Notes under the pieces: generated by a model
What the model saw: only the letters and a program-made list of their open reading frames with translations
Databases searched by the model: none
What the model was told of the DNA's origin: nothing
In this document: positions 1-10,077 of the stretch, one piece after another
Layout of the letters: each line of letters begins with the position of its first letter
How positions within the stretch are numbered: the stretch's first letter is position 1
Source: an uncultured Gammaproteobacteria bacterium
Lineage (GTDB): Bacteria > Pseudomonadota > Gammaproteobacteria > UBA9214
NCBI GenBank assembly: GCA_963748215.1
Contig: CAVVHS010000002.1
Span: 32,001-96,000 of the forward strand
Reading direction: 5' to 3'
Length of the DNA stretch: 64,000 nucleotides
Position numbers and translations under genes: made by a program

Positions 1-435
1 GCTCCGGCTTGCCTGCGGTACTCAGCGCGGCCAACGGGACCGGGGATGGCAGTATCAAGCCCCGTCAGGCGCTGCCGAGAATCGCAGCCAAATCCTGCGT
101 AGCGGGATTTCAGTATCAGCGCGAGCCGCCCTGTCGAGCTGGATTTGCTAGCCGGAAGGCGCGGCAAATCCTGACGAGCAAGCCTGCGTAGCGGGCTTGT
201 AGGAATGGGCCCAAAATGGCGAGAAGCGCATGGGCAAGGCTGCGCAGCGGCCTTGTCTATTCGGATGTTTTGGCAACCAAGCCTTCGGGTCCGCCTTTCT
301 TTTGGGTACTATATGCGAAGTCCTTCCCTGGACTTCGCCCTGCGGGCCAGCCTGCGGCTGTGCCAATTCGCTCCAGGCGAATTGGTCTTTGGTGGAGCAA
401 AGAAAAGTACCTCGCCCGATAGGGCGAAACCTGCA
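1..435. repeat. Composite palindromic intergenic repeat (REP/MITE-like, apparently nested)
   Basis: Repeated CCTGCGTAGCGGG hairpins (~94-106, ~183-195); CTTTCTTTTGGGTACT ... CTTTGGTGGAGCAAAGAAAAGTACCTCGCC element split by a second hairpin-rich unit (~311-385); no credible ORF. Confidence 0.55.
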
Positions 436-498
436 ATTTGCCCATACAATTGGGCTTGCAAGTTACTCCTGCAGCAATAATAGGAACGACATACAACA

Positions 499-1563
499 AT
501 GCAACCACTACAAAACGACCGCTTCCTCCGCGCATTGCTGCGCGAGCCCGTCGACGTCACCCCGATCTGGATGATGCGCCAGGCCGGGCGCTACCTGCCG
601 GAATACCGCAGGGTGCGCAAGCAGGCGGGCAGCTTCATGGACCTGTGCACGAACCCGGAACTGGCCTGCGAAGTGACGATGCAGCCGCTCGACCGCTACC
701 CGCTCGATGCCGCCATCCTGTTTTCCGACATCCTCACCATCCCGGATGCCATGGGACTGGGCCTGTACTTCGAGGAAGGCGAAGGTCCGCGCTTCAGCAA
801 GCCGGTACGCAGCGCGGCGGACATCAAGGCGCTCGGACGGCCCGACCCGGAAAACGAGCTGCGCTATGTCATGGATGCCGTCCGCCTGATCCGCAGCACG
901 CTCGCCGGCCGCGTACCGCTGATCGGCTTTTCAGGCAGCCCGTGGACGCTGGCCACTTACATGGTCGAGGGCGCTTCCACCAAGACCTACTCGAAGGTCA
1001 AGGGCATGCTCTACGGCGAACCGCGGCTGATGCACCAGTTGCTGGATACCATCGCCCTGTCCGTTACTGACTACCTCAACGCACAGATCGCCGCCGGCGT
1101 GCAGGCGGTGATGGTCTTCGATACCTGGGGTGGCGTGCTGACACCGGACGACTACCGCGATTTCTCGCTGCACTACATGCAGCAGATCGTGGACGGCCTG
1201 ACGCGCGAGGCGGACGGCCGCAAGGTCCCCGTTATTCTGTTCACCAAGGGCGGCGTCCAGTGGCTGGAGCAGATGGCCGACACCGGCGCCGATGCGCTCG
1301 GCATCGACTGGTCCACAGACCTTGCGCAGGCACGCAGGCGTGTCGGCGACCGCGTTGCCCTGCAGGGCAACCTCGACCCGGCCGTGCTGTATGCGCCCCC
1401 GGAGATCATTCGCGAACGCGTCGCCGGCGTGCTGGCCGCGTTCGGCCACGGCCCCGGTCATGTGTTCAACCTGGGCCATGGCATCAACCCGGACGTCGAT
1501 CCGGAGCACGCCGGCGCGCTGGTCAGCGCCGTGCACGAGCTGAGCGTGCAATATCACAGGTAA
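499..1563 (+). CDS. hemE: Uroporphyrinogen decarboxylase
   Basis: [34 protein letters not shown] and HVFNLGHG motifs. Confidence 0.98.
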   Translation: MQPLQNDRFLRALLREPVDVTPIWMMRQAGRYLPEYRRVRKQAGSFMDLCTNPELACEVTMQPLDRYPLDAAILFSDILTIPDAMGLGLYFEEGEGPRFSKPVRSAADIKALGRPDPENELRYVMDAVRLIRSTLAGRVPLIGFSGSPWTLATYMVEGASTKTYSKVKGMLYGEPRLMHQLLDTIALSVTDYLNAQIAAGVQAVMVFDTWGGVLTPDDYRDFSLHYMQQIVDGLTREADGRKVPVILFTKGGVQWLEQMADTGADALGIDWSTDLAQARRRVGDRVALQGNLDPAVLYAPPEIIRERVAGVLAAFGHGPGHVFNLGHGINPDVDPEHAGALVSAVHELSVQYHR

Positions 1564-1599
1564 CGGTAACCCGTGCCGAGCTGCGACAACAACAGAACC

Positions 1600-1940
1600 G
1601 CCATACTTTGCCGGATGTCTTTCACCCTGCAATGTAGCAATTGATTCCGGTTGTGGCGGGTCACCACCTGGCTTTGTCCTGACTGATCGAACAGCATCCG
1701 CAGAAAATGCGTCTCGTCCCGATGAGCATCCCGCACACCTTGCACCGTCTCTGCCTCCGGGTGACTACCCGTCCGCACGGAGTCCTCATCAAAAACACAC
1801 CAGGGTCGCTGCCTCACCATCGATGACACCCCGAAGGCCAGGTGCGAGGGCGTAAACATGAAGTGTTCGCCGGAAAACCCGGCACTTAGGCAACCACTTG
1901 GAACCCGGGGCGGCAAGTGCCTGCACTACCGGCACCCCCG
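1600..1940 (-). ncRNA. Candidate structured ncRNA (GGA-rich, CsrB/Rsm-like?)
   Basis: Hairpin-rich intergenic segment; 8 GGA motifs on the minus strand within 1646-1785; TATAGT -10-like hexamer just upstream (~1950-1955). Confidence 0.3.
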
Positions 1941-2184
1941 AAAATAAAAACTATAAGGTATCAGCTCTCTTTACGTGATTGCATACCAGGCTGTACAGGT
2001 TATTTACCGGAGTCAGTGGAAGCCGGGTGCATAACACGCGTATGATTTCTCCCGATTCCCGTGCCGCCTGGTGAACGGGATGGCGATTTCCGGCAGTGTA
2101 CAGCCTTCGCCGAGCGGTTGAGATGGCGATGAGGAAAACGTCACCCTCTCTTGATATTCACCCTTAAATGAAGTTTCATCCCGT

Positions 2185-3630
2185 ATGCACTGGCGCGCGA
2201 TAACACGGCTGTTCGGAATCCTGCTCATTTTCTACAGCCTGGGTTTTCTGCCCTCGCTCGGCATCGCCCTGCTGTACCAGGACGGCCAGTGGTCACTGTT
2301 CGCTGTCTCCCTGTTCTTGACCAGCGCGGCCGGCCTGGCGCTGTGGCTGCCAAACATCAACCAGCACAGCGAGCTGTCCGTGCGCGACGGCTTCCTCTTC
2401 GTCACCCTGTTCTGGGCAATACTGGGCATCGTCGGCTCGCTGCCTTTCATCCTCGGGCTGCATCTCGGAATTACCGATGCCATTTTCGAATCCATCTCGG
2501 GATTCACTACCACCGGCGCCACGGTCATTGTCGGACTGGACAGGCTGCCGCCATCCATCCTCTATCACCGACAACAGATCCAGTGGCTCGGCGGCATGGG
2601 CATCATTGTCCTGGCGGTTGCCATCCTGCCGCTGCTCGGCGTGGGCGGCATGTCATTGTACCGGGCCGAGGCCTCGGGGGTGTCCAAGCAGGAAAAGATC
2701 ACGCCCCGCATCGCGGAAACAGCGCGCGTATTATGGATTATCTATTTCACCCTGACCCTGGCCTGCACTCTGGCATTCTGGATCGCCGGCATGACACTCT
2801 TCGATGCCGTGGGACACGCCTTCGCAACCGTTGCAACTGGCGGCTTTTCAACCCACGATGCCAGCCTCGGCTACTACAACAGCCCGCTGATCGAGTCCAT
2901 AGCCATCGTCTTCATGCTGGCCGGTGGCGTGAATTTCGCCATCCATTTCATGGCCTGGCGACGATTGTCGATTGCACCGTACGGTACCGATCCGGAAGTA
3001 CGCGTTTATGGCCTGATCTTCCTGCTATCGACCCTGTTCGTTGCGGCGAGCCTGTACTGGGCCGGCGCCTACACCGGCACCTGGGAGTCGCTACGCTACG
3101 CGGCCTTTCAGGTGGCGTCGATCCTCTCCAGTACCGGCTTTGGTACTGCCACCTTTGCCGACTGGCCGCTGCACATCCCGCTGATCCTGGTGATACTTTC
3201 GTTCACCGGGGGATGTGCAGGGTCGACAGCGGGCGGAATCAAGGTCTTGCGCATCATGCTGCTCGCCAAGCTCGGCCTGCGCCAGCTGGAGCAGCTGGCC
3301 CATCCCCAGGCTGTGTACCTGGTCAAGCTGGGCAGGCGGCCGGTATCGGAAGATGTGGTCCTGTCCGTATGGGGTTTCTATGTCCTGTATATCGTCACCT
3401 CGCTGCTGCTTACCGTGGCGATGATGGCGGCCGGACTGGACCTCGATTCGGCCTTCGGTGCGGTGGTGGCCACCATCAATCTGCTGGGACCCGGCCTGGG
3501 CGAGGTGGCGACCAACTTCGCTTCCGTCAGTCCGGTGGTGAAATGGCTGAGTATATTCAGCATGCTGGTCGGACGGCTGGAAGTCTTCACCCTGCTGATC
3601 CTGTTCCTGCCGTCCTACTGGCGGCACTGA
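2185..3630 (+). CDS. trkH: Trk K+ uptake membrane protein
   Basis: FESISGFTTTGAT, QWLGGMG, TVATGGFS, GGCAGSTAGGIK and GRLE pore-loop motifs. Confidence 0.96.
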   Translation: MHWRAITRLFGILLIFYSLGFLPSLGIALLYQDGQWSLFAVSLFLTSAAGLALWLPNINQHSELSVRDGFLFVTLFWAILGIVGSLPFILGLHLGITDAIFESISGFTTTGATVIVGLDRLPPSILYHRQQIQWLGGMGIIVLAVAILPLLGVGGMSLYRAEASGVSKQEKITPRIAETARVLWIIYFTLTLACTLAFWIAGMTLFDAVGHAFATVATGGFSTHDASLGYYNSPLIESIAIVFMLAGGVNFAIHFMAWRRLSIAPYGTDPEVRVYGLIFLLSTLFVAASLYWAGAYTGTWESLRYAAFQVASILSSTGFGTATFADWPLHIPLILVILSFTGGCAGSTAGGIKVLRIMLLAKLGLRQLEQLAHPQAVYLVKLGRRPVSEDVVLSVWGFYVLYIVTSLLLTVAMMAAGLDLDSAFGAVVATINLLGPGLGEVATNFASVSPVVKWLSIFSMLVGRLEVFTLLILFLPSYWRH

Positions 3631-3655
3631 GCATGCCTGTAAATCCGGAGTCAGT

Positions 3656-5029
3656 ATGAAAATCGTTATCCTTGGGGCCGGTCAGGTCGGCAGCACCGTC
3701 GCTCAGGCACTTGCGAACGAGGCCAATGACATCACCGTAATCGACCAGAATGCACATCTGCTGACGGCGCTCCAGGAACGCAGTGACATCCGCACTATCA
3801 CGGGCCATGCCTCGCACCCCGACGTGCTGCAGCAGGCCGGTATCGAGGATGCGGACATGATACTGGCCGTCACAAACAGCGATGAGATAAACATGGTTGC
3901 CTGCCAGGTTGCCCACTCACTGTTTCATACGCCGCTGCGACTGGCGCGCGTGCGATCCCGGGACTACCTGGCTTACCCAAAGCTGTTTTCGCCGGATGCG
4001 GTGCCGATCAATTTCATCATCAGCCCCGAGCAGCTGGTTACCACCTTCATCCAGCACCTGATCGAATCGCCCGGCGTCCTGCAGATCCTGGATTTTGCCG
4101 ACGGCAAGGCCCAGCTCGCGGCCGTCCAGGCCCATCATGGGGGTGCGCTGGTCGGACAGGAGCTGCGCGCCCTGCCGGAGAAGATGCCCGGCGTGGAAAC
4201 CCGGGTGGTCGCCATCTTCAGGCGCGAACGGGCCATCATCCCAGAGGGCGACACCGTGATAGAGGCCGGCGACGAGATCTTCTTCCTCGCTGCGCACCGT
4301 GATATCAAGTCTGTGGTGGCGGCGTTTCGCCACTCCGACAAACGTAACCGCCGGATCATCATCGCCGGTGGCGGCAATATCGGCCAGCGCCTGGCAGAGA
4401 TGATCGAGCGCGACTATCACGTCAAGCTCGTCGAGCTGGACATCGGGCGCTGCCGGGAACTGGCCGAATCTCTGCACCGGACCATCGTGCTGCACGGCGA
4501 TGCAGCGGACCAGGACCTGCTGAAGCAGGAGGATATCGAGGATACCGACCTGTTCTGCGCCTTGACCAATGACGACGAGGCGAACATCCTTTCCGCCATG
4601 CTCGCCAAGCGGCTTGGCGCGCGCAAGGTGATGTCCATCATCAACCGGTCAAGCTACGTGGACCTTGCCCAGGGAACGGCCGTAGATATTGCACTGTCAC
4701 CCGCGCAGGTTACCATCGGCGCACTGCTGGCCCACATACGGCGCGGTGACGTGGTGGCCGTGCATTCACTGCGGCGGGGTGCGGCCGAGGCCATCGAAAT
4801 CGTTACGCACGGCGACCGCGATACGTCGCAGGTCGTCGGTCGGCGCATTGACGAGCTGCCGCTTCCCGACGGCACGTCCTTAGGCGCCATTGTCCGCGGA
4901 GACAAACTGATATTCCCGCACCGGGAAACCGTAATCGAACCGCAGGACCACGTCATCCTGTTCCTCGCTGACAAGCGCAAGATTATTGATGTTGAACGGC
5001 TGTTCCAGGTCTCGATATCGTTCGTTTGA
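3656..5029 (+). CDS. trkA: Trk K+ uptake NAD-binding protein
   Basis: MKIVILGAGQVG start, two RCK_N/RCK_C pairs (IIIAGGGNIG), adjacent to trkH. Confidence 0.97.
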   Translation: MKIVILGAGQVGSTVAQALANEANDITVIDQNAHLLTALQERSDIRTITGHASHPDVLQQAGIEDADMILAVTNSDEINMVACQVAHSLFHTPLRLARVRSRDYLAYPKLFSPDAVPINFIISPEQLVTTFIQHLIESPGVLQILDFADGKAQLAAVQAHHGGALVGQELRALPEKMPGVETRVVAIFRRERAIIPEGDTVIEAGDEIFFLAAHRDIKSVVAAFRHSDKRNRRIIIAGGGNIGQRLAEMIERDYHVKLVELDIGRCRELAESLHRTIVLHGDAADQDLLKQEDIEDTDLFCALTNDDEANILSAMLAKRLGARKVMSIINRSSYVDLAQGTAVDIALSPAQVTIGALLAHIRRGDVVAVHSLRRGAAEAIEIVTHGDRDTSQVVGRRIDELPLPDGTSLGAIVRGDKLIFPHRETVIEPQDHVILFLADKRKIIDVERLFQVSISFV

Positions 5030-5169
5030 ACAACAGGGAATTCTCTTGATCCTGCTGCAGACACCCGTAACGGGAATGCAGTGCCTGTTTTCGCCGCGAC
5101 TAACGGATCAGCGCAGTTGCAGTGACCATCACAACCCGTCGCCCAACACATGGGATTGGCATAACGACC

Positions 5170-5382
5170 GTGAAAGAGTTGAACGAACACGAACTTGAGT
5201 GCCTGCGCAAGATCGCAACAGGGAGGACTGACTTTATCTCGCCCTGTGCGACGCACATTCTGGAACAGCTTATAAAAGCCGGGCTTGTCGAGCGGGCGCC
5301 GCATATCTGGCTGCCGGCGCAGGTGATCCGCATGTCATACCGGCTCACGTCCGCGGGCGAAGCGGAGCTTTTCCGTCGCTAG
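5170..5382 (+). CDS. Small hypothetical protein, winged-helix-like
   Basis: GTG start; LEQLIKAGLVE...YRLTSAG pattern typical of wHTH wings. Confidence 0.5.
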   Translation: MKELNEHELECLRKIATGRTDFISPCATHILEQLIKAGLVERAPHIWLPAQVIRMSYRLTSAGEAELFRR

Positions 5383-5776
5383 ACCGCATTTCTCAACGGG
5401 CAGAAGCAAGACAACGTGAATCAACAATCTGAAAGCAACTGGCACCTTGCCACCGGGCAACGCAGCCTTTGAGGGACGCATCGACAATCTCTATCACGAT
5501 ATCGCACGGGCGCGCCGCTGGCACCGATGCCTGAGCAGGCGGGCGGTCGCCCGCACTCCGGTTATGACGCACAACTGGCATCAGTCTGGTTCAACCGCAT
5601 GAACCGGTGCTGCGCACGCTGGCACATTGTCATGATAACAATGGTGATTTGCTGTCGAGGTGCAGAACAGCAGTGTATCGTGGGATTCTGGCGACCTGAT
5701 GCTGCGCTTTGATTCGGGGAACGCACGCAACGGCCGCCGGCGGGACAGTATGTATTCTTCGTCTGAACAGGCAGGG

Positions 5777-6925
5777 TCAGGCCACGCAGGCGGCGTGGAT
5801 CAGCGCGGCATAAAGACGCGCCGCGTCGCAGGTTTCCTGCAGCGAGACATGCTCGTGACGCGTATGCGCCACTTCCAGCCGCCCCGGCCCGCAGATCACC
5901 GGCACTGAACCCTTCTGGTGAAACAGGCTGCCATCGGAGTGCGAACGAAAAGCCGCCGGCGACCAGTCCAGTCCCGTGGCATGGTACGCCTGTCGCACCG
6001 GGTCGAGCAGCGGGTCGTCCGGCGCGTTGGCATAGCCTGTCGCCCAGTACAGGTTCTCGAACTCCAGCTCGCAGCGCGGATGAGTAGCCTGTGCCTTGTC
6101 ACGCGCCTGCTCGATCAGCCGGTCGATGACCGTGTGATCTACGCCGGGCGGCGCGTGGATGTCGATGGCCGCCTCGCATTCCTGCGCCACCATGAACAGG
6201 CCGGCGCCGCCGCGAATCTCGCGCGGGTTGATGGTCAGCCCGTGCGTGGCCTCGCCGCCCGCCTCCATAATCTGCTGCATCCAGGCAAGCATGGCATGGA
6301 TGGCGCTGGCGCCCATTTCCGGCAGTGCGGCATGCGCACGCGCGCCCTGCACCGTCATCCTGCACTCATAGTAGCCGTAGTGATCCACACACGGTACGAG
6401 CCCGGTCGGCTCGCCGATCACGGTAAGCGGCGCGGTACGCCAGTCGAGCAGGGCCTCTGAACCGTCACCGTACTCTTCCTCACCGACCACCAGTGCCACG
6501 ATCAGGCCACGCCTGAGTTCCGCCCCCGACCTGACTACCGCGATCACCGCCTCGACGATGGCCGCGCAGCCCGATTTCATATCCGCCGTGCCCAGCCCGT
6601 GCAGGATGTCGCCCTCGCGGTGCAGGCGCTGCTCCTCCTCGTCGATAAGCGGCACGGTATCGACGTGCCCGACCCACATCAGCGCGGCGGGCTGCGGTCC
6701 GAGCTCGATGATCAGGTTGGCCCGGGTATCCGCTACCGGACCACCGCCCGGCGGCAGTGGCTGGCGCATGTAGCGCACGCCGCACTCACCGAGCCGTTCG
6801 GCGAACACCTCCATGGCCGGCTCCTCGGCATAGGACGGACTGTACTGCTCGACGGCGTCGGTCAGCAGCGTCACCAGCTGCGCATCGTCGATCAGGGCGA
6901 GTATGTCTTTCAGTTCGCTAGTCAT
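5777..6925 (-). CDS. M20/M25/M40 metallopeptidase (ArgE/DapE-like deacylase)
   Basis: GHVDTVP, GLGTADMKSG, GEEEYG, IGEPT and AHTRHEHV metal-binding motifs. Confidence 0.9.
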   Translation of the reverse strand: MTSELKDILALIDDAQLVTLLTDAVEQYSPSYAEEPAMEVFAERLGECGVRYMRQPLPPGGGPVADTRANLIIELGPQPAALMWVGHVDTVPLIDEEEQRLHREGDILHGLGTADMKSGCAAIVEAVIAVVRSGAELRRGLIVALVVGEEEYGDGSEALLDWRTAPLTVIGEPTGLVPCVDHYGYYECRMTVQGARAHAALPEMGASAIHAMLAWMQQIMEAGGEATHGLTINPREIRGGAGLFMVAQECEAAIDIHAPPGVDHTVIDRLIEQARDKAQATHPRCELEFENLYWATGYANAPDDPLLDPVRQAYHATGLDWSPAAFRSHSDGSLFHQKGSVPVICGPGRLEVAHTRHEHVSLQETCDAARLYAALIHAACVA

Positions 6926-7454
6926 CCTGCTTCCTGCTGCGACGCACTACCTGTTTCTGGCTGCGCAATCGCTGGTAGTCGGGGTGGTAGGTCAGGTTCT
7001 TGCTGAGGTAGACGTGACGGTCCTCACTCAGGAAGTCATGCTTGCGGAACAGCTTGATAGCCGGCTTGTTGTCGGCGTCGGTGTCGACGATCATCATGCG
7101 CGCTCCGGCGCGGATAAAGGCCTCGGTGATGCCCTCGATCAGCAGGCTGGCAATGCCGCTGCGTTTCAGTTCCGGATCGACCGCCAGCCAGGTCAGGTAG
7201 CCATAGCTCCAGGCGCTGTTGCGCTTGTCGATGAGTGAGCCCAGCGCAAAGCCCACCAGCCGGTCCTGGTACTCGGCGACGAGGCAGAACTCGCCATCCG
7301 AGTGGAACAGGCCAACGGCCTCGTATTCATCCCAGGTCCGGTACAGGCTGGGCCACTTGTCAGCCGTGAATACGCGCTCACCCAGCGCATAGACGGCCGA
7401 CAGGTCCTCCAGCTCCATTTCGCGCACCTCGACGCCTTTTTGAACGGCACTCAT
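6918..7454 (-). CDS. GNAT N-acetyltransferase
   Basis: LAVDPELKRSGIASLL acetyl-CoA motif A, NKPAIKLFRK; overlaps the M20 start by 8 bp. Confidence 0.88.
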   Translation of the reverse strand: MSAVQKGVEVREMELEDLSAVYALGERVFTADKWPSLYRTWDEYEAVGLFHSDGEFCLVAEYQDRLVGFALGSLIDKRNSAWSYGYLTWLAVDPELKRSGIASLLIEGITEAFIRAGARMMIVDTDADNKPAIKLFRKHDFLSEDRHVYLSKNLTYHPDYQRLRSQKQVVRRSRKQDD

Positions 7455-7592
7455 CACAGCTTCACCACGGCCTGTATCGACCGGAAAAGTATACCTGCAT
7501 TTATGGTCAATGCGATTCACAAAACGCCGACTGGATTCCCGGGAAACGCCTGGAGTATGCTAGGCTCGTTCCCATTCCCGACCCGCCCCGCC

Positions 7593-9371
7593 ATGCCCAA
7601 CCCCCGCATCCTGCGCCTCCTGCTGCCCATCCTGTCCACTGCGCTGTTCTACGCCCTGTATTACGCGATCAGCGCCATGGGTTTCGATGTCGTCATCGTG
7701 CCCAAGGCCATCCCGCGCGATTACCTGCTGAACCTGGTGCTGGCCTATGCGCTCATTGCATTGTCACGGCGTCTCTGGGTCTTCCTGCTGCTGCAGGGTC
7801 TGCTGATGGCCTTGCTGTACATAGGCAATGCCGTCAAGGTCAGCTTCTTCGGCGGCCCGATCATGCCGGATGATGTATATGCCCTGCGCACGCTGTTGCT
7901 GCTGCTGGAAGGCTGGCAGTTCTATCTTGCTGCGCTGCCGCTGGTCGGCATCGCCAGCCTGCTGATCTTCAATTTCAGCCTGCGTAACTGGGGTTCCTGG
8001 CTGGCACTTGCCGCATTGCTGTTGCTTGGTGTCACGCTGGTATACCAGCCGCGAAACATCATCAAGCCGCTCGATCACTACGTCGGCAACGTGGTCTGGG
8101 ACCAGCGCTCCAACTACCTGCAGCGCGGCGCCATGCTCTACTCGCTGATGGAAGGTGCACGTTACTTCGCCGACCGCGTACCGCCGCCCGACCGCGAGGC
8201 CGTGCGTGCGTCGCTTGCGCGCCTGCGGGCGGGCCTGCCGCCACACCACTTGCCGGCCGGGGAATTCACGCCGCGGAACGTGCATATTATATTGCTCGAG
8301 TCGTTCTGGGACCCGTCGCCGCTGAAAGCCGGCCACTACTCGCGTGACCCGTTGCCGAAGGACTTCCGTGCGCTATGGAAGCAGGCCGGTAACAGTCGCA
8401 TCCTGTCGCCGGTGTTCGGCGGCTATACCGCCAATGCCGAGTTCGAGGCGCTATGCGGCTTCCCGGTACTGCAGGATGCCGTCAAATTCGAGCGCGATCT
8501 CAAGAATGACGCGCCCTGCCTGCCGCGCATCCTGGCACAGCAGGGTTACACCACGATCGCCTCGCACCCCAACGTACCGGTGTTCTGGAACCGCGTGAAC
8601 GCCTATCGCCGGCTCGGCTTCGGGACCTACTGGTCGCTGGACGATTTCGAGAAAGTCGACATGGTGCGCAACTTCATGAGCGACGCCTCGCTCTACCGCC
8701 AGGTGCTGGACAAGATCGAACCCTGGCTCGACAGCGGCAAGCCGCTGCTGAACTACATCGTCACCTACTTTGGTCACTGGGACTATCCGCTGCGCGGCGA
8801 GCGTACTCGCGTCATCGATGATGCATCAGGCGTGCCCGAGGTCGGCAGCTTCGCCAACACGGCGTACTACAAGGCGAAGGAGTTGATGGAATTTCTCAAG
8901 GAACTCACCGGGCACGACCCGGACGCGCTGATTGTCATATTCGGCGATCATCCACCCTACCTCGGCTCGAACTTCTCCGGCTATGCCGAATCCGGTGTGC
9001 TGGCGGACAACCGCAGCAAGTTCACGGCGGAAATGTTCGGCGTCTACAATGCGGCACCGCTGATCGTCATCGACGGCAAACGCGGCGCCCGGAAATTTGG
9101 CACGCTGGCGCTGTATGAGCTGCCGGCCCTGCTGCTGCAACTGCTGCACCTCGACAACGCCGGGCCGATCGGACTGACCGCCCCGGAGACCGGGATGCAT
9201 GTACGCCCGATCCCGGGCCTGCATTACCTGGTCAGCGACACGGGCGACGTCGACGTGTGCAAGGAACCACCCTGGTCGGAGGACTGCAGCCGCAGCGCCG
9301 CCTGGCTAAAGGATGTCGTCACCGTCGGTGACGATTTATTTGTCGGGGGGCAGTTTACGCTCGGTGAATAG
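7593..9371 (+). CDS. LTA synthase/MdoB-like sulfatase-fold membrane phosphotransferase
   Basis: N-terminal TM helices, then NVHIILLESF, GGYTANAEFE (catalytic Thr) and FGDH motifs. Confidence 0.88.
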   Translation: MPNPRILRLLLPILSTALFYALYYAISAMGFDVVIVPKAIPRDYLLNLVLAYALIALSRRLWVFLLLQGLLMALLYIGNAVKVSFFGGPIMPDDVYALRTLLLLLEGWQFYLAALPLVGIASLLIFNFSLRNWGSWLALAALLLLGVTLVYQPRNIIKPLDHYVGNVVWDQRSNYLQRGAMLYSLMEGARYFADRVPPPDREAVRASLARLRAGLPPHHLPAGEFTPRNVHIILLESFWDPSPLKAGHYSRDPLPKDFRALWKQAGNSRILSPVFGGYTANAEFEALCGFPVLQDAVKFERDLKNDAPCLPRILAQQGYTTIASHPNVPVFWNRVNAYRRLGFGTYWSLDDFEKVDMVRNFMSDASLYRQVLDKIEPWLDSGKPLLNYIVTYFGHWDYPLRGERTRVIDDASGVPEVGSFANTAYYKAKELMEFLKELTGHDPDALIVIFGDHPPYLGSNFSGYAESGVLADNRSKFTAEMFGVYNAAPLIVIDGKRGARKFGTLALYELPALLLQLLHLDNAGPIGLTAPETGMHVRPIPGLHYLVSDTGDVDVCKEPPWSEDCSRSAAWLKDVVTVGDDLFVGGQFTLGE

Positions 9372-9449
9372 AAATACGGCATACCGTCCTGCCGGCAGTC
9401 CGCAGCTTCTATTCAGGCCGGAAGCAATCGAAAATTTCCTGAAACAGCC

Positions 9450-9767
9450 TCATACGTCCGGCTTGACCATATGCAGACCGGGCCCCGAACGCAGACGTTT
9501 CGCAGCCGCGTATTCCTCGTCCGTCATCTGGCTACCGACGACATTGCGCAGCAGTTCCGCATCCTTGTCACCCTGATCAACTGCCCGTGAAAGCCAGTAA
9601 TGGGCCTGCGCCATGTCTATGGAAACGCCCCGCCCCTCTGCATACACCAGGCCAAGCGCGTACTGCGCATCCACCTCGCCACGTTGTGCCGCTTCCAGAA
9701 TGGCAGGCACCTTGGAGGGATCGTTGCGCAGCAGGACCAGGTCCTTGAGATAGCCGTTATCGCTCAT
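9450..9767 (-). CDS. Sel1-repeat protein
   Basis: AQYALGLVYAEGRGV...AHYWLSRAVDQG Sel1 consensus. Confidence 0.85.
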   Translation of the reverse strand: MSDNGYLKDLVLLRNDPSKVPAILEAAQRGEVDAQYALGLVYAEGRGVSIDMAQAHYWLSRAVDQGDKDAELLRNVVGSQMTDEEYAAAKRLRSGPGLHMVKPDV

Positions 9768-10077
9768 GACTGGGATTGCCCGGGACGAGAGAGATACGAT
9801 TGTACGGTATGCGGCAGGACGGCGCGAACCCGTTATGGCACGAGTACGCACGGAGTTCCTCGACAACATGAGGTGCCGGCAACACGCGGCATGCGTTATG
9901 GGTCACCTTCCCCTTGATAATTCACTGGAATATTTTGCAGATATTGCGCACCAGCCGAATATCCATCGGCGCAGGCGCTTATGAGCGACACCACCGGACG
10001 GATCCTGTCAGCAGACCTGCATCGGAACGGCACGTGCCGGGAAACCCCTGGCCATATGTAGCGCAACCTGCGCTGAT

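Noticed and set aside
1600-1940. tmRNA, RNase P RNA or hammerhead ribozyme call
   Set aside because: GGGG start but no tRNA-like 3' end or tag peptide; no GAGGAAAGUCC; the TGATGAG lacks the full CUGAUGA...GAAA core
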